64,000 bases of DNA from a virus. Position 1 is the first letter of the stretch. Every line of letters starts with the position of its first letter. The position numbers were made by a program, and so were the translations under genes. Positions 55,655 to 62,781 of this stretch are shown here, piece by piece. The notes beneath the pieces are model-generated. The model was not told where the DNA came from, ran no database searches, and saw only the letters and a list, made by a program, of their open reading frames with translations. The stretch spans positions 76,788 through 140,787 of IMG/VR virus record IMGVR_UViG_3300025666_000002. The stretch is one strand, 5' to 3'.

Positions 55655-55882
55655 TTACTGGTAGTGGCGCTCCCAGTAGCCTAAGGTGTCGAATTCCGAG
55701 TTCTCGTTGTCTAGATACCTGTAGCCTTTATAGGCGTTAGCCTGCATTAGGCTCCATTCAAGCATACTGGCTATACCGGCCTTGAAGTCTTTAGTGATTC
55801 TATCGTTGACTGGTGCTGCTAAGAGCTGATTGGCTCTCTCTTTTAACTGAGCTACTGTAAGTGTCTTCTTCTCTTTTGCCAT
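55655..55882 (-). CDS. hypothetical protein (early island)
   Basis: 75-aa ORF, YKGYRYL motif. Confidence 0.65.
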   Translation of the reverse strand: MAKEKKTLTVAQLKERANQLLAAPVNDRITKDFKAGIASMLEWSLMQANAYKGYRYLDNENSEFDTLGYWERHYQ

Positions 55883-55939
55883 ATAAGCGTTTATTTAAGT
55901 GTGGATGTTAGTTATATTGGCCTTGGGCGCGCCGGTTGC

Positions 55940-56374
55940 TTAGGCGGCCACTGGTTGGCTCTCTGGATCGTTCATTACGTAGGCCATGCTTGCCCAGGTC
56001 TTACTGTTAACTGCCTTGTACTGCTGTTGGCTGTAGAGCTCGGTGTTGTACCACATGCTGTTGATTGTGCCTACTGTTAAGCTTGCTAGGATCGCCTTGT
56101 CGATTAGTTTAATCTTCTTGCCGACACGCGCGAAAACGGTTAGGTAGTAGTCGCCGCCTTCTGGGCAGAATTCCACGGTCTGTAGAGCGCCTTTCTTATA
56201 TGCTCTTAATAAGCCTTCTGGGAATTCCATGTATCTTGGGTTATCGAAGTCAAATGCATCTGATACTGTGAAGAAGCCAGCACGTGTTTTCGTGATAAAT
56301 CTGAATTTGCCGGCTGAATAGTCCTTTAAGTAGTCTACTGTGTGGATGCCGGTTACGTTGATGATCTCTTTCAT
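55940..56374 (-). CDS. hypothetical protein (early island)
   Basis: 144-aa ORF directly after promoter repeat. Confidence 0.75.
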   Translation of the reverse strand: MKEIINVTGIHTVDYLKDYSAGKFRFITKTRAGFFTVSDAFDFDNPRYMEFPEGLLRAYKKGALQTVEFCPEGGDYYLTVFARVGKKIKLIDKAILASLTVGTINSMWYNTELYSQQQYKAVNSKTWASMAYVMNDPESQPVAA

Positions 56375-56386
56375 AATGATTAACTT

Positions 56387-56451
56387 TTAATTACAGTACT
56401 AATATAAACAAAAAGATTGACATATGAAAATCCTGTGGCAACTATTTTGCA
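56387..56451 (-). promoter_or_regulatory. class I promoter repeat copy 9 (divergent from copy 10)
   Basis: conserved core. Confidence 0.8.
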
Positions 56452-56596
56452 ATTATTTTGCCTACTAGCTGACTATGCTACTACCCTATGTGGAGATTGA
56501 TGCTCTGGAGCGCGCGTTACTATGGGCGCATCGTGGACATGTTTACACACCTCGTTATATTATAGTGGCTTTTTAATCGGTGTTTCACAACAAATC

Positions 56597-56661
56597 TGCA
56601 AAAAAGTTGCCAAAAAGTTTTCTAGTGTCAATCTTTTTGTTTATATTTGTACTGTAATTAA
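56597..56661 (+). promoter_or_regulatory. class I promoter repeat copy 10
   Basis: tgcaaaaaagttgccaaaaagttttctagtgtcaatctttttgtttatatttgtactgtaattaa. Confidence 0.85.
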
Positions 56662-56675
56662 AACTTAAACACATT

Positions 56676-56897
56676 ATGACAAATCAAAAAAGAAACTACG
56701 AGAACGGGTATTTAAACAAGATCGCTTACCACATGGCCTGTGATAACCACGAATCTGTGGAACACTTTACTGAGCGTCAAATTGCTCGTTACGGTCACTT
56801 AACTGCCGAGAACATGGCATGGTTAACCCGAGAGGTTGCAAGTATCAAACGCATTTGGGCTGCTGAAGCTCGAGAGTTTAATGCCCATATCGGCTAA
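56676..56897 (+). CDS. hypothetical protein (early island)
   Basis: 73-aa ORF after promoter repeat. Confidence 0.7.
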   Translation: MTNQKRNYENGYLNKIAYHMACDNHESVEHFTERQIARYGHLTAENMAWLTREVASIKRIWAAEAREFNAHIG

Positions 56898-56900
56898 ATT

Positions 56901-56967
56901 GTTAATAACTTTGTGGCACTAGATTTTCTAGTGTCACTTTTTTTGTTTATATTAGTACTGTAATTAA
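56901..56967 (+). promoter_or_regulatory. class I promoter repeat copy 11 with embedded terminator hairpin
   Basis: GTGGCACTAGA-ttt-TCTAGTGTCAC-TTTTTTTGTTTATATTAGTACTGTAATTAA. Confidence 0.75.
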
Positions 56968-56979
56968 AAGATAACACAC

Positions 56980-57156
56980 ATGAAAAAGCAAATTGGCATC
57001 TACACCTTCGAATTGGCAAACGACACTGTCTACATTCGTGAAACTGCAACCAAAGAGTTGTTAAAAGCAAAAACCTTTAGAGCCCATGAAGCGGTTGACA
57101 AGTTCACTGCTATCTGTAAACACTGGGAGGCTAAGTTTAAGCAACCAGCCTTCTAA
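56980..57156 (+). CDS. 58-aa hypothetical protein MKKQIGIYTFELAND...
   Basis: ATG 12 nt after promoter repeat; below track cutoff. Confidence 0.7.
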   Translation: MKKQIGIYTFELANDTVYIRETATKELLKAKTFRAHEAVDKFTAICKHWEAKFKQPAF

Positions 57157-57463
57157 TCCTGGGCAAGCTGAGGGTCTGAGAATGGTCCTCGGAGCTTAGC
57201 GGCTCCACAGGGGTTCGCTTCCTCTTTTTTTGGGAGCGCAGAGGGTATACTCTGCTATGCATTTATTTTTTTTTGGTCTGCGCGCGACTGTGCGGCGGCC
57301 ACTAGGACAACCGCGTGGCCAACTAGTGGCATTCTAGGCCAAGCTAGCATACTAAATTATGCGCGCATAGTCCGATTCTGCCACTCTGGGACGTCCAGAA
57401 TGGTCCGCGGACGTCCCTGAGGCCCTCCGGTGGCCAAAATGTCAAAAAAATGGCAAAAAAAGA

Positions 57464-57526
57464 CAAAATAGTTGCCAAAAAGTTTTTCTATGTCAATCTT
57501 TTTGTTTATATTTACACTGTAATTAA
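57464..57526 (+). promoter_or_regulatory. class I promoter repeat copy 12
   Basis: conserved core. Confidence 0.8.
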
Positions 57527-57541
57527 AAACATACACATCAT

Positions 57542-57844
57542 ATGAAAAGCACAGTCCTAGTCCACACACAGTATCACGAGAATTATAACGTTGGCCCAGA
57601 AGGTTTCGGAGCCACTCCACACTGGAAGCCAAAAGGTGGTCACACCTTCTCAATTGAGATGGATGTAGACATACTAATGTATGCACCTAACGTTGAGCAG
57701 ATCTTCGCTCAGCTGGTAGAACGCCAGAGCACAATTGCGGAAAAGTTCGAATACATATCCCACGAGATTCAGTGGCAAGAGCCAACCGTGTTGGGCACTG
57801 AAGAGGATTTCTTATCTTGCATGCACAGCCTTGAAACAGTCTAA
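57542..57844 (+). CDS. conserved phage hypothetical protein
   Basis: TQYHENY...HWKPKGG motif. Confidence 0.75.
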   Translation: MKSTVLVHTQYHENYNVGPEGFGATPHWKPKGGHTFSIEMDVDILMYAPNVEQIFAQLVERQSTIAEKFEYISHEIQWQEPTVLGTEEDFLSCMHSLETV

Positions 57845-57880
57845 TAAAATCACATATAATATTTAAATAAATCGTAAGTT

Positions 57881-59023
57881 ATGCCACAAGTACAAACATT
57901 ATCAAATACAGTAATCCAAAGCCGAAAAGCTGAAACCCTTAACGCTCAAGCACTCCGTAAGACTATTGCGGTTCGTGAGCTTGAGATTGTAAACGATACT
58001 ACAGTAGCTTATAATGGTCACCGTCTAGAGATGACCAAAGAAGCCTTCAAGCAGCTTATCAGTATGGTAGGTATGTCACAAGCCTTTGCTAAGAAGTTCG
58101 AAAAGCTCTTCGATGCAGAAGTTAAAGCCAAGTTCATTAACCAGATGAAGAATGCGATGGCCAGTCAGATGAATGAGATCACTATGATTGTCTCTCCTAC
58201 TACTAAGAAGGTTGTTGGTTTTACTAAGCGCGCAACTGATCTAGTATCAAACGAACGTTTTATCGGCCTAGCTGATCAGATCATCGATCAACACGGCTTC
58301 GAAGTCTCTAACTGGGGCGTCGATCCCAATAAAGGTCTTGTAACCATTAACGCATTTAACCCAAAAGCTGAATTCTCAGTAGCTGGTCTTAATGATGAGG
58401 TTTTCAACGCCGGTCTTACACTACGTAACTCTCCTGGTAAAGGAATTGAAGTTATGCCTTACGTAAATCGTATGTGGTGTACTAATGGTCTAACAACACC
58501 TTTAGCAGCAGAGTCTTACCAGTTGGCTGATCTTACTCAGCCTAGCATGGAGAAGTTCTTCCAGCATATGGCGGAACTACGTAAGAATGGCTTCCAGCCT
58601 CAAGGCTTCCAGAGCTTGATTAAACGAGCTAACGAGACTAGTGCAAGTATGTACGAATTAAAGAGAGCACATACCATGGCTAAGCGCTATGTAGGTGATG
58701 CAGCTGATAACTGGGTTCCTCTTAACGAGAACATGTCAGCTTACCGTACTGGTGGTATTGAGATTGATAACTTCGATTCTGACCAACTAAAGAACGCTCG
58801 TTCGAACCAGTCTATCTGGAGTTTAACGAACGGTCTAACACACATTGCCACTCACGCACCAGAGCGTCTTGCATTTAATATGGGCGACAAGGAGTCTACG
58901 CAACTAATGGTTGATGCTGGTTCAATGCTTGGCAAGAAGTGGGATCTTGGTTCACAAGTTGCTAACCCATGGAAAACTAACGAGATTGATCAGAAGGCAC
59001 AAGTTGGCCTTTGGTTGAACTAG
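57881..59023 (+). CDS. DUF932/DUF945-like protein
   Basis: LRNS...NRMWCTNGL motif; C-terminal WSLTNGLT. Confidence 0.65.
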   Translation: MPQVQTLSNTVIQSRKAETLNAQALRKTIAVRELEIVNDTTVAYNGHRLEMTKEAFKQLISMVGMSQAFAKKFEKLFDAEVKAKFINQMKNAMASQMNEITMIVSPTTKKVVGFTKRATDLVSNERFIGLADQIIDQHGFEVSNWGVDPNKGLVTINAFNPKAEFSVAGLNDEVFNAGLTLRNSPGKGIEVMPYVNRMWCTNGLTTPLAAESYQLADLTQPSMEKFFQHMAELRKNGFQPQGFQSLIKRANETSASMYELKRAHTMAKRYVGDAADNWVPLNENMSAYRTGGIEIDNFDSDQLKNARSNQSIWSLTNGLTHIATHAPERLAFNMGDKESTQLMVDAGSMLGKKWDLGSQVANPWKTNEIDQKAQVGLWLN

Positions 59024-59058
59024 GCTAACCCAACCAACCAACCCAACCAACCTAATAC

Positions 59059-59089
59059 AAAGACTGACCTCACGGTCAGTCTTTTTTTT
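59059..59089 (+). terminator. intrinsic terminator
   Basis: AAAGACTGACC-tcac-GGTCAGTCTTTTTTTT. Confidence 0.85.
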
Positions 59090-59153
59090 GCAAAATAATT
59101 GCCAAAAAGTTTTTCTATGTCAAATATTTTGTTTATATTAGTACTGTAATTAA
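59089..59153 (+). promoter_or_regulatory. class I promoter repeat copy 13
   Basis: conserved core. Confidence 0.8.
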
Positions 59154-59165
59154 AAGCTAATACAC

Positions 59166-59363
59166 ATGAAAGTTAAAACATCCATCAACATCTTAAACCT
59201 CATCGGCGCCATCACTGCCCTATTGGTTACCTTTTCTATTTTCAACGGTACTGCTCAAGAAGTAGTTCACTTCGCAGATCCACTTAACGAGATGGCTTGT
59301 GCATTCATGAGCACTATGTTGACTATTTGCCTGGCAGCCCTTAGTTTCGAGAAGATCAAATAA
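59166..59363 (+). CDS. small two-TM membrane protein
   Basis: 65-aa hydrophobic ORF after promoter repeat. Confidence 0.7.
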   Translation: MKVKTSINILNLIGAITALLVTFSIFNGTAQEVVHFADPLNEMACAFMSTMLTICLAALSFEKIK

Positions 59364-59365
59364 TT

Positions 59366-59430
59366 TGCAAAATAGTTGCCAAAAAGTTTTTTACTCTCAA
59401 CTATTTTGTTTATATTTACACTGTAATTAA
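59366..59430 (+). promoter_or_regulatory. class I promoter repeat copy 14
   Basis: conserved core. Confidence 0.8.
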
Positions 59431-59443
59431 AAGCATACATCAC

Positions 59444-60538
59444 ATGACAAAAGGATTTTACACACTATCACAAGCGGGCGATAACATCATTGCCACCTCA
59501 ACTAACTCATCAGAAACCGTTACGATCAAGCCTGATCATGCTAAGTTCAGCAAGATAGAAGCTTATATGGCTGACGGCAAGCTCTTGTCTGTAACGGCCA
59601 AGGGTACATTCAGTGGCCGTAAGGACTACGAAGGTTTCTATAAGTCTGTTGACACTGCTAAGGCTCCGGTTAAGGTAAAGCTTACCAAGCTGGATGACCT
59701 CAGTTTCAGTGAAGACCTCTTTAAGCCCATGGCAACTGGTACGCCGGTCGATAAGTTTATGTCGAACGACGGTGGTTTCATGCCGGGCTCTAATATTATG
59801 GCAGCAGGTGCACCGGGCGTCGGTAAGACCACCGTGCTACTTGAACTGCTCTACAAGGTACAGCAGTCTAATCCGGCCAAGAAGGTACTCTTCATCTCTG
59901 CCGAGATGAACCAACTAGACATGGCCAGATACCTTAAGCGTTTCCCACACTGGGGCCAACTGCCTATTCTCTTCTTAAGTGACTATGTAGACGCTAACCC
60001 ACAGGCAGTGATCGAACAGACCTTAAAACAAGGCTGGGACCTAGTCTTAACCGACTCTTATACTGAGGTTAACGACACGGTCAAAGAGGAATGCGGCCTT
60101 ACTCGCGGTAAGACTGAGAAGTGGTTCTTGGACCTGATGATCGCACAGAATAAGGGTCAGAATAAACTCAAGAAGTACACGACCTTTATCACCATACTCC
60201 AGTTATCTAAAGGTGGTACCTTCGTGGGAAGTAACAAGCTCAAGCACATGACGACGGCCATGATGCACCTGGACTGGAAAGGTGGCGAGAACAGTGCCGA
60301 ACGCTATATGGAATTCAGTAAGAACAGACTGGGTCAGGTTGGCCAGAAGATGTACTTCAGTTTCGAGAACGGCGTACACTTCGACGAGCAGCGTTACACT
60401 CGTGATCTACTTAACGAGCAGCTCATTCTCGAAGAGCGTGAGAAGCTCAAGACTGAAGAAGACGCATTCGATAAGCTCTTCGGTAGTCTGCCCTCTGAGG
60501 CTGAGACTGCTGAGGCTGTTGAGGCTGTATCAGAATAA
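59444..60538 (+). CDS. RadA/Sms-like RecA-family ATPase without zinc finger or Lon-like domain
   Basis: GGFMPGS, GAPGVGKTT, LFISAEM, DS, GSNKLKH, KNRLG. Confidence 0.75.
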   Translation: MTKGFYTLSQAGDNIIATSTNSSETVTIKPDHAKFSKIEAYMADGKLLSVTAKGTFSGRKDYEGFYKSVDTAKAPVKVKLTKLDDLSFSEDLFKPMATGTPVDKFMSNDGGFMPGSNIMAAGAPGVGKTTVLLELLYKVQQSNPAKKVLFISAEMNQLDMARYLKRFPHWGQLPILFLSDYVDANPQAVIEQTLKQGWDLVLTDSYTEVNDTVKEECGLTRGKTEKWFLDLMIAQNKGQNKLKKYTTFITILQLSKGGTFVGSNKLKHMTTAMMHLDWKGGENSAERYMEFSKNRLGQVGQKMYFSFENGVHFDEQRYTRDLLNEQLILEEREKLKTEEDAFDKLFGSLPSEAETAEAVEAVSE

Positions 60539-60594
60539 AGATTATGGCCCGCCGGTAGGGCTCGTGAAATACGCCGGCATACTTTTAATTACGT

Positions 60595-60629
60595 GGGACC
60601 TGGGTGTGATGGCCTGGGTCCCTTTTTTT
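60595..60629 (+). terminator. intrinsic terminator
   Basis: GGGACC(TGGGT)...(GCCTG)GGTCCC followed by T7. Confidence 0.6.
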
Positions 60630-60793
60630 GTTTGCTAGGGGCCCTGGAGCAGTGTGTGGTGTGTGCGTGTGCATGCCCTTGTTTGACCGGGCCTTCTTAA
60701 CTTATAGAGCCTTTTGAACGAGCGCTATATATTGCCCTTACGTGTGCGTGTGTGTTGGAGGCCTTACGGGCTTACAATCTGGGCTTAGCCTTC

Positions 60794-61324
60794 CTATAAG
60801 GTTTTACGTACTGAGAGCTGGACTGGGGCCTGACTGGTAGTTTGGAATAAACATTCAAGCTGTAGTGTCTTGGGCTGATCTAACCAGAAGGTGGCATAGA
60901 GACTGGTTGGTGTTTGATAGTACCCTCTTCTTGGTACTGGGCCTAACATCCAGAAGGGTGCAATACCTATTCTAATTCTATCAGTAGCTTGGTATTCTAT
61001 CTGTGCTAATCTAACTCTTACTTGCCAGTCTGTTGTGTATGTAGTGTCTTTGCCTTTCTCTTTAACTGTATAGGTAAGTTGTTTGAACGGGTTTAAGATT
61101 TCTATACGTGGACCAAAGAAGAATTTATTGTACTGGAATTCCTTTTCTATACTAACTGATAATGAGTTGTATTGTGATACGTTGATTGCTAGTTCTACGT
61201 TATACCTTTCCTTCTCTATTGGTATTGTTCTGTTTGTTGTATCTGTTGGGTTTATTGTGTCTTGTTGCGCCGCGGCCGAGAAGATTGAGCAGAAGTAGAA
61301 GAGTGAATAGAGTAACCATTTCAT
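60794..61324 (-). CDS. secreted/outer-membrane beta-rich protein
   Basis: signal peptide ...SAAA-Q; amphipathic beta strands. Confidence 0.55.
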   Translation of the reverse strand: MKWLLYSLFYFCSIFSAAAQQDTINPTDTTNRTIPIEKERYNVELAINVSQYNSLSVSIEKEFQYNKFFFGPRIEILNPFKQLTYTVKEKGKDTTYTTDWQVRVRLAQIEYQATDRIRIGIAPFWMLGPVPRRGYYQTPTSLYATFWLDQPKTLQLECLFQTTSQAPVQLSVRKTL

Positions 61325-61390
61325 AGCTGGATAATTTATTTATATTATCTATTGTGGGCGCGCCGCCGGATAGGGGCATCTGGTGTGAGA

Positions 61391-61858
61391 TTAAGGTAAG
61401 GAATGTAGGCTGAGCCAGCGTTCGGCCTGAGTTCTGGCCTGCACTTCCCAAGGCCTTGAAGAGTACTCTGAATTCCAGTCAATGGGTTCGCCGTGCCAGT
61501 ACCACTGCTGGCCTTGCTGGACAAGCTCTCCTCTAACCATTTGTTTAGCGTGAATCAGCTCATGCTGGATCGTCAGTCTTGGGTGTGGTGTAGTAACGTT
61601 AATCAAGATCAGTATAGTTCTCTCTGCTGGCTGATAGGTAACTCCGTAGACTGTAGGCCAGAGTAGTGTCTCTTGAATAATGATCTGCCACTGTCTGTGT
61701 GGTAGACTAGGATGAATAGAATCTCTAATGTATTCTTCGTGCAGTGCCTCTAGCTGTATTGGTGTGTAGTTTGGACTGGATAGTGCTGGTTGTTCTTGCT
61801 CTCTGTTTAAGCTAAATAGAATCGCTAGTATTGTGATTATAACAGAGAGCTGCTTCAT
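61391..61858 (-). CDS. membrane-anchored zincin metallopeptidase
   Basis: N-terminal hydrophobic helix; HELIH plus PWEVQA. Confidence 0.7.
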   Translation of the reverse strand: MKQLSVIITILAILFSLNREQEQPALSSPNYTPIQLEALHEEYIRDSIHPSLPHRQWQIIIQETLLWPTVYGVTYQPAERTILILINVTTPHPRLTIQHELIHAKQMVRGELVQQGQQWYWHGEPIDWNSEYSSRPWEVQARTQAERWLSLHSLP

Positions 61859-61882
61859 ACTTTATAGTCCGAATCTGTATTT

Positions 61883-62593
61883 TTAAACTATAAAGCAGTG
61901 TTGCTCGTTGAGTGGTATTTGCTCTAACTCTTCAGCTAGATACATCTCGTTAGTCTTCTCTCTGCGTTCTGAAGCGTAGTTTGCAGCCTTCCAGTATTTC
62001 TCGAGGCCTGCAATCTGACCTTTCTCTTCACGCCAAGCATCATAGAGCTTAAGCACTTGCATACAAGGTACCGTATGGCCAAACTCTTTCTTACCATTCT
62101 TAGTTGTGTAGTATGGAAAGCCTAGATTAGCTCTTCTTGCGTCTGGGTATAGGTCTTCAATCTTAAAGCCAGGAATCTGATCAAACTGCTCTTTTGTAAT
62201 GTCGATGATTCGACCGTTAGTCTTGTGCTGTACGAACCAGTGAGTAGTTGTGCCTTTAGTGCCTTTATAGTCGAAGTTAATCTTCTTGATCAATTTTAGA
62301 TCCCAGTCTGAGTCGTAACCACCAAGTGCATAGAAGACAAACTGGCTACAAGGATAACAGTAACCATAAGGAAAGTCTACCTTCATGCCTTTATCGGATA
62401 ACTTTTTAGTCTGTTTGCTGTGATCGACTGTATCTGCTGAGCTGATCTGACCGCTGCGGTGAGCTTTAAAAAGATCTGTGTTCTTCTTGAAGAAGGTTAG
62501 GTATTTAGTGTAGCCTGAATTATTAAATTTCAGTTCTACTTCTTTCTCTTCTGCTTCGTTGATAAAGTCTACGTACTTCTCTATTCTTTGCAT
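61883..62593 (-). CDS. transglutaminase/papain-like Cys-His-Asp protein with capsid-targeting-like N-terminus
   Basis: GYCY...THWFV...IIDITKEQF; MQRIEKYVDFINEA. Confidence 0.55.
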   Translation of the reverse strand: MQRIEKYVDFINEAEEKEVELKFNNSGYTKYLTFFKKNTDLFKAHRSGQISSADTVDHSKQTKKLSDKGMKVDFPYGYCYPCSQFVFYALGGYDSDWDLKLIKKINFDYKGTKGTTTHWFVQHKTNGRIIDITKEQFDQIPGFKIEDLYPDARRANLGFPYYTTKNGKKEFGHTVPCMQVLKLYDAWREEKGQIAGLEKYWKAANYASERREKTNEMYLAEELEQIPLNEQHCFIV

Positions 62594-62781
62594 GCTGCTT
62601 TAGTATTCTGTTTTATTATCTATCCTGATGATTTTTAGTGCTTTTCCGCGCCGGCAAAAGTTTAGTTCTGGGCAACGTAAACGTTAAAGGTATATGATAT
62701 ATCTCTGGGCAAAAGAAAATGCCACAGAAGTCGCCTGATGGCCTCCTGTGGCATGTTTAGAGTCTATCTACTAGTTATTAA

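Noticed and set aside
55056-55664. ORFs 55056..55250, 55287..55484, 55405..55617, 55410..55664
   Set aside because: Mutually overlapping, atypical composition, no promoter motif or A-rich leader; likely chance ORFs in GC-richer DNA.
57158-57232. GC-rich hairpins here and at 60546-60580 as tRNA or other RNA genes
   Set aside because: No cloverleaf; positions right after stop codons fit terminator or mRNA-stabilising structures.
57357-57686. 109-aa minus-strand ORF (and similar 23581..23835, 42522..42785, 33249..33647)
   Set aside because: They run antisense through the promoter repeat, which explains their shared YSVNINKK-like peptide; not a protein family.
23591-59430. Dispersed ~65-bp repeat as a CRISPR array or integron attC sites
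   Set aside because: Copies are far apart, separated by whole genes, and always oriented just upstream of start codons; no cas or integrase gene is visible. A promoter fits better.
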